Below, piece after piece: positions 17,028-25,555 of a stretch of DNA of 31,390 nucleotides. Location: IMG/VR virus record IMGVR_UViG_3300033489_000043, positions 1 to 31,390 of that record. One strand, given 5' to 3'. The notes beneath the pieces are model-generated. The model had not been told where the DNA came from. It saw only the letters and a list, made by a program, of their open reading frames with translations, and made no database searches. How positions within the stretch are numbered: position 1 is the first letter of the stretch; each line of letters starts with the position of its first letter. This DNA is from a virus. Its lineage: Duplodnaviria > Caudoviricetes. The position numbers and the translations under genes were made by a program.

Positions 17028-17747
17028 ATGACTGAGAAAGTGGTGATTGGGGATTGCGAGCTTTGGCATATCGACTGCATGGAATACATGGCGACATTGC
17101 CGGATAAGGCTTTTGATTTGGCTATTGTCGATCCGCCTTATGGGATTAAACAGTTAAGCGTCAACGAGAACCGAGACGAAAATAGTAAGTTTCGCCGCTC
17201 GATGGCAAAAATGGTTGAATCTGCAAAAGGCTGGAATGCAATTAAGCCAACACAAGAATACTTTGACGAGTTGTTCCGCATTTCAAATGAACAAATTATA
17301 TGGGGGGCTAATAATTTCTCCTTGCCGGAGAGCGAGTATTTTTGTGTTTGGGATAAACAGCAAACGGTTGCAAATTTTGCCAGTGCCGAATATGCGTGGG
17401 TTTCGATGAATGAATGGAAACACCCGGCCAAGGTTTTTAGGTATCAAATACATGCGGCAAATGCCGTTGAATCGAAGATACACCCAACCCAAAAGCCCGT
17501 AAAGCTCTATGAATGGCTCCTGACCAACTACGCCAAACCTGGGCAGCGCATCATTGACACGCACTTGGGCAGTGGAAGCAGCGCGATAGCCGCAATGGGG
17601 ATGGGATATGAATTTGTTGGCTGTGAGCTTGATGCCGACTACTTTGCCGCCGCCTGCCGAAGAATAAAGCAAGCCTACGCCCAGCCCCGCCTATTTGCTG
17701 ACGCACAGCAGATTAAGCCAGAACAATCGGAGTTAATATGTCCATAA
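17028..17747 (+). CDS. DNA N6-adenine/N4-cytosine methyltransferase (beta class)
   Basis: DPPY, HPTQKP, DTHLGSGS. Confidence 0.93.
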   Translation: MTEKVVIGDCELWHIDCMEYMATLPDKAFDLAIVDPPYGIKQLSVNENRDENSKFRRSMAKMVESAKGWNAIKPTQEYFDELFRISNEQIIWGANNFSLPESEYFCVWDKQQTVANFASAEYAWVSMNEWKHPAKVFRYQIHAANAVESKIHPTQKPVKLYEWLLTNYAKPGQRIIDTHLGSGSSAIAAMGMGYEFVGCELDADYFAAACRRIKQAYAQPRLFADAQQIKPEQSELICP

Positions 17748-18037
17748 TGAAGCAAAAACTAGACGGCCTACGCGCACAGCTTGCAATGGCATTATCAAGT
17801 AATACGCCAAGTAAAATGCAGATTGCGCTGTTGAAGGCAGAAATAAAAAAGCTGGAGGAAATCACTTGCCGAAAATGCGGTGGCGAAATGAAGCCCGGAA
17901 AGGCCATCGAGCAGACATACACAGGAACCCCTGACTTTGTCGGTGATGCACACCCGGTTACCGTATCGCCTGGAGGGAAGGGGCGGCTTATAGATTGCAA
18001 AAAATGTGAGCGGTGCGGATGGAGCACGACAAAATGA
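17738..18037 (+). CDS. Zinc-ribbon hypothetical protein
   Basis: CRKCG...CERCG. Confidence 0.6.
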   Translation: MSIMKQKLDGLRAQLAMALSSNTPSKMQIALLKAEIKKLEEITCRKCGGEMKPGKAIEQTYTGTPDFVGDAHPVTVSPGGKGRLIDCKKCERCGWSTTK

Positions 18038-18798
18038 AAAAATTACGGGTACTAGTAGCGTGTGAAATGTCAGGGATTGTTCGGGATGCGTTTATTTCCC
18101 GTGGACACGATGCAATGAGCTGCGACCTACTTCCAACGGAACGTCCAGGAGCGCATTACCAAGGCGATGTGCGCGACATCTTGGACGGATGGATGCCGGT
18201 ATCGTTTACGGCTGAATGCGATCAGTACGGCGACGGGTGGTGTCAAGTACGCGACTGCGAAATAGATGAATGCCAATGTATCGGCACAACACAAGACGGG
18301 ATTGAGTACATCGAGAAAAACGGGGTGCTTTTTGGTAGGCCGGAAGAATCTCCAAACTGGGATTTGCTAATCGGGCACCCCGATTGTACCTACCTATGTT
18401 CATCCGGGCTGCACTGGAACAAGCGTGTTCCAGGCCGAGATGCATTGACCGAACAGGCGCTGGAATTTGTGCGGCTGTTGATGAATGCGCCGATACACAA
18501 AATAGCCATCGAAAACCCGATAGGGCGAATAAATACCGCCATCCGCCCGCCTGATTGCTATATCCAGCCGTATGAATACGGGCATGATGCAAGCAAACGC
18601 ACCGGGTTATGGCTGAAAAATTTGCCGCCACTACGACCGACCAAGTTTGTCGAGCCTCGCGTGGTGGACGGGAAAAACAGGTGGGGGAATCAGTGCGACA
18701 GCGGACAAAACAAGCTCGGCCCATCGCCTGATCGTTGGAAGGAAAGAGCGCGGACATACCAAGGGTGGGCGGACGCATTCGCCGCGCAATGGACATGA
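18034..18798 (+). CDS. Phage DNA cytosine-methyltransferase-like protein
   Basis: VLVACEMSG, SCDL, HPDCTYL, IENP, KRTGLW, RARTYQGWADAFAAQW. Confidence 0.75.
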   Translation: MKKLRVLVACEMSGIVRDAFISRGHDAMSCDLLPTERPGAHYQGDVRDILDGWMPVSFTAECDQYGDGWCQVRDCEIDECQCIGTTQDGIEYIEKNGVLFGRPEESPNWDLLIGHPDCTYLCSSGLHWNKRVPGRDALTEQALEFVRLLMNAPIHKIAIENPIGRINTAIRPPDCYIQPYEYGHDASKRTGLWLKNLPPLRPTKFVEPRVVDGKNRWGNQCDSGQNKLGPSPDRWKERARTYQGWADAFAAQWT

Positions 18799-18943
18799 AA
18801 TGCTCATATTGCCGGTACAGATGGTACAAACCAGGTGGTGCATGGCACTGCCGGCGCTCTACCATAGCAAAAGCCGTACTGATTGGTGATGGTACAGATA
18901 AGGCTATCAAATCGCAATCGTGTAAATTTTTCGAGGAGCTAAA

Positions 18944-19285
18944 ATGACATTTTTGGATGCACTAAAATCAAAACTACACGCCGACTACTCGGAGGGGGAA
19001 ATTTTCGGAACAAAAGATTTTGCCGAGTTGGCGCGTAAAATGAGGATAAATAGGTCGTTGATCAACGACTCGTTGAAAACACTGGTAGAGAGAGGTATCG
19101 TAGAGCGCGTAGGTGATAAAAAACCTTTACAAATGCGTGTTGTGAAAGACAAAGTCGATGCGCTGCTGGTAAAAAAACACGACCAAAAACAAATAGCGCG
19201 TATGGCGGATGAGTCTAGGAGAGAGGCTGCTTATAGGCTGGATGTTGTGTTGGATACGATTACAAGGGCGAGGGTTGGGGCGTGA
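18944..19285 (+). CDS. Winged-HTH hypothetical protein
   Basis: ELARKMRINRSLINDSLKTLVERG; SD GAGGAG. Confidence 0.6.
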   Translation: MTFLDALKSKLHADYSEGEIFGTKDFAELARKMRINRSLINDSLKTLVERGIVERVGDKKPLQMRVVKDKVDALLVKKHDQKQIARMADESRREAAYRLDVVLDTITRARVGA

Positions 19286-19749
19286 AGCCAGTAAAAAAGG
19301 AAAGGATTTACCTGCGAGTAGGGAAGGGAATGCTGACTCCAGCCGATAGCTACTCAGAGAGCCAGCTACGCGCCAAGGGGTATAAAATTGGAGACGTGGT
19401 GGCGGCTAGCATAACGAAATTGCGCAATCAGAAATTTAACAGATTGGTGCACAGAATTGGGCAGCTTGTGGTTGCGAATATCGAAGCATTTTCTGGGCTG
19501 GATGCGCACCAAGCGGTTAAAAGATTGCAAATTGAGGGTCGTATTGCCTGTGACGAAATCGGAATCATGGTGAATGGTTACGGAATGGTGATTCAATTCA
19601 TACCGCGAAGCCTGTCGTTTGACACGATGGATGAGGCTGAATTCCACGAAGCGGCTATGGGGATATGCCGGACAATCGCTGAACGGTATTGGCAGACACT
19701 TACGCCGGAGCAGGTCGAAGAAATGGCCGAAAGTTTTATTACAGAATAA
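19282..19749 (+). CDS. DUF1367/nin-region-like protein
   Basis: RNQKFNRL, PRSLSFDTMDEAEF. Confidence 0.7.
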   Translation: MKPVKKERIYLRVGKGMLTPADSYSESQLRAKGYKIGDVVAASITKLRNQKFNRLVHRIGQLVVANIEAFSGLDAHQAVKRLQIEGRIACDEIGIMVNGYGMVIQFIPRSLSFDTMDEAEFHEAAMGICRTIAERYWQTLTPEQVEEMAESFITE

Positions 19750-19774
19750 ACATGAAATAAATACGCTAAAACTA

Positions 19775-19803
19775 TTGACAAGCGCAATTGTTGCGCGTAT
19801 TGT
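19775..19803 (+). promoter_or_regulatory. Sigma70-like promoter
   Basis: TTGACA-17-TATTGT with palindromic spacer. Confidence 0.55.
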
Positions 19804-19945
19804 GTCGGAACGGTTGAGCGAAACCGGATAGACAAGGATCAGCGAACATGAAAACATACATCCAAGCAAGCAGCATCCAGCGCACACTTCGCAACCGGTC
19901 AACATTGTTGGTTATGGTGCTGGCTGGCAGGAATAGCGTGCCGTT

Positions 19946-20143
19946 GTGACCGCCAGCCAGACCGCAAAAGCCGCTGGACTAAAGAGCCTAGCCGAGCTAT
20001 CAAAAATCAGCAACACCAAGACACGCACATTACAAAACTGGCACAAATACAATCACACGCGGTTTCTGGTGGTATTGGCTGGTGCTATGTCATTAAAATG
20101 TGGAAGTTGGTCAGATCAATCAATTAAACATGATCGGAATTGA
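19946..20143 (+). CDS. Small HTH protein
   Basis: AGLKSLAELSKISNTKTRTLQNW. Confidence 0.6.
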   Translation: MTASQTAKAAGLKSLAELSKISNTKTRTLQNWHKYNHTRFLVVLAGAMSLKCGSWSDQSIKHDRN

Positions 20144-20178
20144 GCCGATATTATGGCTGACGAGTTAGGCGGTTAGAA

Positions 20179-20415
20179 ATGGAGATTGAAATGCAACAGG
20201 GGAAATTGGCTGGAATTATTGACCGTACCGAAGCCCCGCCTGGATATTTTGCGGTGTTGAAAGCGGAGGTTGTAACCCAATCGCTTGGCAACATATGCAG
20301 GGCGTGTGACTGGCGACCTGATTGCGATGGGGTGACTTACAGGTGTATGCCGTATGAGCTGGCGAACGGATTAAAGAGACGCGACGAGTGCAGCGTGGTG
20401 TTCAAGCGATTATGA
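20179..20415 (+). CDS. Cys-rich hypothetical protein
   Basis: CRACDW...VVFKR; precedes site 9. Confidence 0.6.
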   Translation: MEIEMQQGKLAGIIDRTEAPPGYFAVLKAEVVTQSLGNICRACDWRPDCDGVTYRCMPYELANGLKRRDECSVVFKRL

Positions 20416-20431
20416 AATTGAAATGGTTTTT

Positions 20432-20518
20432 TATTGGCGCTGAGTTGAGGGGCGAGGAATGAGCGAAGCGAATGACGAGTCCAGCCGCGCAGCGGCGACC
20501 TCGAACGCCGTGTTAGAA
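20432..20518 (-). repeat. attC-like site 9 (R' degenerate)
   Basis: Minus: TTCTAAC-ACGGC-GTTCGAGG...CCTCAAC-TCAGC-GCCAATA. Confidence 0.65.
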
Positions 20519-20529
20519 CGGCGGGCGTT

Positions 20530-20811
20530 ATGGAACGAAGAATAGTTTGCGCGGCAATGCGGAACAGTGCGGGTGATATTGTGACCGGAGCGCGTCATTA
20601 TGACGGAATCATGCGACAGCACATAGAACGGCTGCGCGAGTCGCACGGGCATGATGTGTGGTCGAAGAGCGACATTGAGCAAGGTTTCATTGACCAGCGT
20701 GGAGAGTTTCTGACACGCGAAGAGGCGCACAAGGTTGCAGCCGAAGCTGGGCAGATCATCCGGCGCTGCGGAGGCGATGATGTGAGGCTGTTCAGCGAGA
20801 ACCTGTACTGA
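20530..20811 (+). CDS. Phage hypothetical protein, cassette cargo
   Basis: IVCAA...GARH...QGFIDQRGEFLTREEA...LFSENLY. Confidence 0.75.
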   Translation: MERRIVCAAMRNSAGDIVTGARHYDGIMRQHIERLRESHGHDVWSKSDIEQGFIDQRGEFLTREEAHKVAAEAGQIIRRCGGDDVRLFSENLY

Positions 20812-20814
20812 GGT

Positions 20815-20878
20815 GTCGAACGTAGAGTTGAGGGGGCGCGCCCGCTTTTGGCGCGTCCCTTGCAACGATGGGTTAGCC
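20815..20878 (-). repeat. attC-like site 10
   Basis: Minus: GGCTAAC-CCATC-GTTGCAAG...CCTCAAC-TCTAC-GTTCGAC. Confidence 0.85.
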
Positions 20879-20925
20879 CCCGCTTTTGCTACAGCGCGAA
20901 AAGTTTTGTGTTAGAATAAAGCCAT

Positions 20926-20975
20926 CTGAGAGTAGGCTAGTCTGGTCAAGTCACCCGGTTTGGAACCGGGATAAT
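20926..20975 (+). pseudogene. 5' portion of disrupted tRNA-Pro(TGG)
   Basis: Acceptor CTGAGAG, D arm, anticodon arm CCCGG-TTTGGAA-CCGGG; T arm missing; extended -10 TGtTAGAAT upstream. Confidence 0.85.
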
Positions 20976-20977
20976 TT

Positions 20978-21055
20978 CAGTGTGTAATGTCAATCTGGTA
21001 GACGGCCTGCTTTGGAAGCAGGAGGCTGAAGGTTCAAATCCTTCCACACTGACCA
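20978..21055 (+). tRNA. tRNA-Pro(TGG)
   Basis: CAGTGTG/CACACTG acceptor, CCTGC-TTTGGAA-GCAGG, GAAGG-TTCAAAT-CCTTC, encoded CCA. Confidence 0.92.
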
Positions 21056-21100
21056 ATTTATGTGTTATGATGTTTGGAACTTAACTACATAGTTCCAATT

Positions 21101-21445
21101 ATGACAAGCGACGAGAAGCGCAAATACCACAGGGATTATCACGCAAAAAGAAGTCCAGATAAAAAGCAACACAAGATGAAATTACAGGCCGACCGCGCCC
21201 TTAAAAACATCTTGGCGTTACGGGATTATAAATCCGAGCATGGATGCTCTGTATGCGGAGAAAAAGACCCGATAGTTTTAGAGTTTGACCATCTTGATAT
21301 GGATGCTAAAAGTTTTAGTGTTGGGAATTCCGCAAGATTGGGAATGTCATTAGAAAACCTAATGAAAGAAGTGTCGAAGTGTGAAGTTTTATGCGCGAAC
21401 TGCCATAAAAAGAAAACAGCAAAACAAATGAATTGGCGGGTATAA
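21101..21445 (+). CDS. HNH homing endonuclease
   Basis: CSVCG...LEFDH...KCEVLCANCH; AT-rich. Confidence 0.88.
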   Translation: MTSDEKRKYHRDYHAKRSPDKKQHKMKLQADRALKNILALRDYKSEHGCSVCGEKDPIVLEFDHLDMDAKSFSVGNSARLGMSLENLMKEVSKCEVLCANCHKKKTAKQMNWRV

Positions 21446-21464
21446 AATCCTACCTCTCAGACCA
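21445..21464 (+). pseudogene. 3' remnant of disrupted tRNA-Pro
   Basis: AAATCCTAC-CTCTCAG-ACCA; CTCTCAG pairs 7/7 with CTGAGAG at 20926. Confidence 0.85.
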
Positions 21465-21503
21465 TCAAATAACCTGTACGTACTTTAAGACGAAAGGTGT
21501 CAA

Positions 21504-21692
21504 ATGAAAATCGCAACTGAAAAACCATACCGTATTTTTGCCGAAGTTTTGGAGCAAGGCGCGCTCGATCAATTCGAGAGCGCGATGCAACAGCCGTTTG
21601 CAGTGCGTGGCGCACTGATGCCTGACTCTCACTCTGGATACACTCTACCAATCGGGGCGGTGATCGCCACGGATGGCGTGATACTGCATTAA
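21504..21692 (+). pseudogene. rtcB: Orphan N-terminal fragment of RtcB
   Basis: KPYRIFAE...GALMPDSHSGYTLPIGAVIA aligns with N-terminus of 22228 gene. Confidence 0.9.
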
Positions 21693-21696
21693 CCTG

Positions 21697-21725
21697 TTGA
21701 GTTATGATAACGGGTGCGGTATAAT
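21697..21725 (+). promoter_or_regulatory. Sigma70-like promoter at start of HNH insertion
   Basis: TTGAGT-17-TATAAT. Confidence 0.6.
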
Positions 21726-21754
21726 TACGCATTGTTTTTATCGGTAACTTTCAA

Positions 21755-22234
21755 ATGGCGTTATCAACCAAGGAAATAAAAGCCCGTTATTTCAAGAAAA
21801 AGTACGACGAAGCACCAGAAATAGAATGCCTTTGCGGGTGTGGCGAAAAGATTAAATCTATTGATGCGTATGGCAGGCCGAAAGGTTTTGTTAGTGGGCA
21901 TAATGGGCGAAAATACGCGGACAAGTATGGGCATAAAAAAGAATGGGTTAAAAGAAACCGTGACTGGGTAAATTCGCGTAAACAGCGATTATCCAGAGAG
22001 CGTAAATTGTTTTTAATGACGCTGAAAAATTCAGTCTGTAAAAATTGCGGACTTGAGTACGACGGTAAAAATGGATCGGCATTCCATTTCCACCACACAA
22101 ACCCAGAAAATAAAGAGGTTGAGATCGGAAGCAATTTAAACAATATCTCGCTTGATGCCCTGATTGGCGAGGTTGAAAAATGCGAATTGCTTTGCTCTAA
22201 CTGTCACTCAATTAAACATCAAGGAGAATGGTAA
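21755..22234 (+). CDS. HNH homing endonuclease
   Basis: CLCGCG...SGHN, CKNCG...FHFHH...KCELLCSNCH. Confidence 0.88.
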   Translation: MALSTKEIKARYFKKKYDEAPEIECLCGCGEKIKSIDAYGRPKGFVSGHNGRKYADKYGHKKEWVKRNRDWVNSRKQRLSRERKLFLMTLKNSVCKNCGLEYDGKNGSAFHFHHTNPENKEVEIGSNLNNISLDALIGEVEKCELLCSNCHSIKHQGEW

Positions 22235-23397
22235 TGTACAAAGGAAAATATGTTGAATCGCTTGGTATGACTGACTTGCAACATCTTGATTCTCTCGGAA
22301 AGCCTTACAAAATATTTGCTGAGATTATTGAGGAAGCCGCGATACTTCAATTCATTGACTACATGGATCAGGATTGGGTCGTTAAAGGCGCTTTGATGCC
22401 GGACGTGCATTCCGGCTATTCGCTGCCGATTGGTGCTGTAATCGCTTGCGATGGGGTTATAAGCCCACAAGCGGTTGGCTACGACATTGGTTGCGGAATG
22501 TGCGCGTTGCCAACGACCTTTGAAGCGGGCGAAGTGAAGGAAAAGGCAAAGGCAATTTTCGACGGCATTTACAAGGCCGTCCCGGTCGGGTTTTCGCACA
22601 ACCAGAGAAACACCGAATGGGATTACAGCGTCCTTCCGCGCACTGCCAAGATGCAGGAGATTTTCGACAAGAACGGGCTGCGCCAGATCGGCAGCTTGGG
22701 CGGTGGTAATCACTTCGCCGAAGTGGGAGCGGACGAAACTGGGAAAGTTTGGGTTGTGATCCATTCCGGCTCACGCGGCATCGGACACGCGGCGGCATCG
22801 CACTACATGCGATTGGCGAGCGGTGACGGGAAAGCGCGGGAAGGGCATTTTGGTTTTGACGTGAACGAAACGAACGGGGTTGACTACATCGCCGACTTAG
22901 GGTTTTGCCTTGAATTGGCGCTTGAGAATCGGCGCGAAATCATGCGCCGTATTGAGGCTGTGCTTTCGGCTAACTGCACCGGGTTTGGCGATTGGGATGC
23001 GCTGATAAACCGCAACCATAACCACGCCGAACTGAAAGACGGGCTATGGATTCACCGCAAGGGCGCTACACACGCCGAATCCGGGATGATGGGCGTGATA
23101 CCGGGCAACATGCGGGACGGCAGCTTTATCGTGCGCGGCAAAGGCAACCCATATGCGTTGTGGTCAAGCTCACACGGCGCAGGCCGTGTGCTTGGGCGCA
23201 AGGAAGCGCAGCGCACTTTGAACATGGAGCAATTCACCGAAGCCATGACCGGAGTGGTTGCGCTGGTGACAGCCGAAACACTCGACGAATCGCCATTTGC
23301 TTATAAGTCAATTTATGATATAATCGAATCTCAAGTAAGGGATGGCATGATCGAAAAGGTTTGCCACATAAGGCCGATTATCAACATAAAAGGATAG
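22228..23397 (+). CDS. rtcB: RtcB RNA-splicing/repair ligase
   Basis: MPDVH, GYDIGCG, GSLGGGNHF, HSGSRG, HNH, HRKGAT, IPGNM, SHGAGR, DESPFAYK, NIKG. Confidence 0.96.
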   Translation: MVMYKGKYVESLGMTDLQHLDSLGKPYKIFAEIIEEAAILQFIDYMDQDWVVKGALMPDVHSGYSLPIGAVIACDGVISPQAVGYDIGCGMCALPTTFEAGEVKEKAKAIFDGIYKAVPVGFSHNQRNTEWDYSVLPRTAKMQEIFDKNGLRQIGSLGGGNHFAEVGADETGKVWVVIHSGSRGIGHAAASHYMRLASGDGKAREGHFGFDVNETNGVDYIADLGFCLELALENRREIMRRIEAVLSANCTGFGDWDALINRNHNHAELKDGLWIHRKGATHAESGMMGVIPGNMRDGSFIVRGKGNPYALWSSSHGAGRVLGRKEAQRTLNMEQFTEAMTGVVALVTAETLDESPFAYKSIYDIIESQVRDGMIEKVCHIRPIINIKG

Positions 23398-23399
23398 CA

Positions 23400-23957
23400 A
23401 TGGAAACGAGCTTTGAGTATGCCGCTGGCTTTTTTGATGGGGAGGGATGCGTAGGAATTTATCCCGGATCATATAAAGGAAAGCTTGCCAGATATACCCT
23501 TAGAACTCAGTTGGCGCAAAACAAAAACTCATTAACTGATGAGCTTTTTAAGTGGTTTTCCGATACGTTTGGCGGCGGTATATCAACGCAAATTTCGCTA
23601 TCTGGAAACGAAAAATTGAACTGGCAGCTTAATGGAGACAATGCAAATAATTTTTTGCGAATAATTTCCCCGCATCTTGTCTTAAAAAAACCGCAAGCAG
23701 ATATTGCAATATCTTGGCAAACGAAAAGACCAAAACAAATCCACTTGCCAAGCGGTCAATTCAGATTTGAGACTGCGCCAGATTTAGTTTTTGATGCTAA
23801 GGTTTGCGATTTAATGAAAAGGTGCAAGCGAGAAATCCTTGAGGATGTAATAGCAGATGATGAAATGCTGCTGACGTATCAAAGCGTGATGGCGCAGCAA
23901 ACCGACATGGTTGAGGTTGTTGCGCACGTCAAGCCACTGCTGAACATCAAGGGATGA
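23400..23957 (+). CDS. LAGLIDADG endonuclease fused to displaced RtcB C-terminus
   Basis: YAAGFFDGEG, ISPHLVLKKPQA; tail YQSVMAQQTDMVEVVAHVKPLLNIKG. Confidence 0.88.
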   Translation: METSFEYAAGFFDGEGCVGIYPGSYKGKLARYTLRTQLAQNKNSLTDELFKWFSDTFGGGISTQISLSGNEKLNWQLNGDNANNFLRIISPHLVLKKPQADIAISWQTKRPKQIHLPSGQFRFETAPDLVFDAKVCDLMKRCKREILEDVIADDEMLLTYQSVMAQQTDMVEVVAHVKPLLNIKG

Positions 23958-23963
23958 ACGCGG

Positions 23964-24027
23964 GGCTAACGTTCAAATTGAGGCGCGGCGCGCTGTTGCG
24001 CCGTCGCTCTCGAATGCAGGGTTAGGC
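23964..24027 (-). repeat. attC-like site 11
   Basis: Minus: GCCTAAC-CCTGC-ATTCGAGA...CCTCAAT-TTGAAC-GTTAGCC; arms near-identical to site 7. Confidence 0.9.
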
Positions 24028-24048
24028 TTTTGAAAAGGAGAATGAAAA

Positions 24049-24336
24049 ATGAGCGACAACGACAAAGTGATTTGCCCGAACTGCGTGCATGAATTCGTGG
24101 CCGTGTCCGTGAACATACAGGCCAAGTTGACGATGAAAAATCAGAAGGTAGTTACTTTAACATCGTTCGACTTACCACCGAGGCTAATAACTTCAATAAA
24201 CGCATTTGACGATGCAATGGTAAAAGCGATAGATACTGTTATCGAATCTGGTGTGCATCGTGGAATGATAGTAGGGATGCTTCACGCATACGCACATGAG
24301 CAGACTAGAAGGATGGTTGAAGATGGGTACGCCTAA
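24049..24336 (+). CDS. Hypothetical protein, cassette cargo
   Basis: SD AAGGAG; stop is the TAA of GCCTAAC. Confidence 0.7.
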   Translation: MSDNDKVICPNCVHEFVAVSVNIQAKLTMKNQKVVTLTSFDLPPRLITSINAFDDAMVKAIDTVIESGVHRGMIVGMLHAYAHEQTRRMVEDGYA

Positions 24337-24417
24337 CGTAGAGTTAACCGGCTCCGGGCAGCCTTATCGCCCGGAGTCCAGCGACCGAAGGGAGCGAGGT
24401 TGAGCGCCATGTTATGC
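24331..24417 (-). repeat. attC-like site 12
   Basis: Minus: GCATAAC-ATGGC-GCTCAACC...GGTTAAC-TCTAC-GTTAGGC. Confidence 0.88.
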
Positions 24418-24722
24418 CACGCAGCCACGGGAGAGAGCGAATGCCCTGCTACATAGAGCCGATGAGGGACGGCGGCACGATGTTTCTGTGCGGCGCCTTT
24501 GGGCCGCATTGCGCGGATTGCGGAGCCGTGGGAGACAACCTGTGCGATTACCCGGTAGGTGATGGCAATACATGCGACCGCAATATTTGCGACCGCCACG
24601 CCCATGAGGTGGCACCGAACATGCACTACTGCGACCAGCACTACGCGGAGTGGCGAGCGTTCCGCGATGCAGGCGGGGTGAAATCAGAGCTTGAGAACGT
24701 GGTGCCGTTTCATGGGGCATAA
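24414..24722 (+). CDS. Cys/His-rich zinc-binding hypothetical protein, cassette cargo
   Basis: CADC, LCDYP, TCDRNIC, YCDQH; stop is the TAA of GCATAAC. Confidence 0.7.
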   Translation: MPRSHGRERMPCYIEPMRDGGTMFLCGAFGPHCADCGAVGDNLCDYPVGDGNTCDRNICDRHAHEVAPNMHYCDQHYAEWRAFRDAGGVKSELENVVPFHGA

Positions 24723-24782
24723 CGGACAGGTTCAGGGGCTGGCGGGCAGTTTCGCCAGTCCCGCTGGAACCGAGAGTTAGAG
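24717..24782 (-). repeat. attC-like site 13
   Basis: Minus: CTCTAAC-TCTCG-GTTCCAGC...CCTGAAC-CTGTCC-GTTATGC. Confidence 0.88.
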
Positions 24783-24962
24783 GGGTGATTTGATGTGGAA
24801 CAGTTCCCACAAACCGGGGTGCATTTTGGATTTTCCGGCTTCCCAATCCTGCCATGTGCGCAGTGCTGAATGCACCAAGCTGGCCGCCGTTTTCTGCGTG
24901 AGGCCGGCAGCTTTACGGGCTGCGCAAACCTCACTGTTTGACGGGATTAATCCGGGTTGCAT
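24777..24962 (-). CDS. XRE-family HTH protein
   Basis: ARKAAGLTQKTAA...RTWQDWEAG; stop in CTCTAAC. Confidence 0.8.
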   Translation of the reverse strand: MQPGLIPSNSEVCAARKAAGLTQKTAASLVHSALRTWQDWEAGKSKMHPGLWELFHIKSPL

Positions 24963-25195
24963 GGTTCGAGTTTCAGCCCAGCCCGATAGCCGCGCCCAAG
25001 TGCCGCGCGCATCGGGTCGGTGGATGATTCCGCAGACAGCCACATATCATGCTCCGCCTGCGTTCCGAATTGGTCGCCATGGTGGGCGCGGCGCAGGCCG
25101 CGCATGTGCCCGGCCCACCACTCGGATTCGACCGGATCGTCTGTCAGCCGGCGTAGGGTGTCAGCCCTACGCATCAGGGTTGCGAAATTGCTCAT
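24947..25195 (-). CDS. Hypothetical protein
   Basis: ATGA-coupled within inverted operon. Confidence 0.6.
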   Translation of the reverse strand: MSNFATLMRRADTLRRLTDDPVESEWWAGHMRGLRRAHHGDQFGTQAEHDMWLSAESSTDPMRAALGRGYRAGLKLEPCNPD

Positions 25196-25416
25196 GTTTG
25201 GTCGAAAGCAACGGCCTCACCAGCATCGTACCCGTCGATGTAGTCAAGCACGTCTGCCGGGAGTCGGCGAAAATGAATGTCGAGGCTATCCAGGACACAG
25301 ACCAGAGGCGTGCAAATAGCCAGGTTAGACGGGTAACGCTCATTGGGGAGCATTTCGGCTTTCATACCGGCCAGGTAGCCGGCAAAACGAGCGGGGGACA
25401 TTGTGGACATTTTCAA
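25192..25416 (-). CDS. Hypothetical protein
   Basis: SD GAGGAG; upstream promoter TTGCGT-16-TATAAT near 25475-25502. Confidence 0.55.
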   Translation of the reverse strand: MKMSTMSPARFAGYLAGMKAEMLPNERYPSNLAICTPLVCVLDSLDIHFRRLPADVLDYIDGYDAGEAVAFDQT

Positions 25417-25555
25417 CTCCTCACCAGGCTACCGGCTGGCGTCGGCGGGAAGCGTTGCGCATCCCATGAACTGAATTATACGCGGATTTCGCGTAAACGC
25501 AAGAACATTTTTGAATTATTTTTCGGATGGCGTGGCGTGGCGTGACGGCCAAGCC

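Noticed and set aside
20120-20170. Additional attC at GTTAGGC 20164
   Set aside because: Only one core and a weak stem; too degenerate to call
21504-23957. Group I intron or intein interrupting rtcB
   Set aside because: Termini are duplicated, a complete ORF exists without splicing, and no P7 or intein terminal motifs are visible
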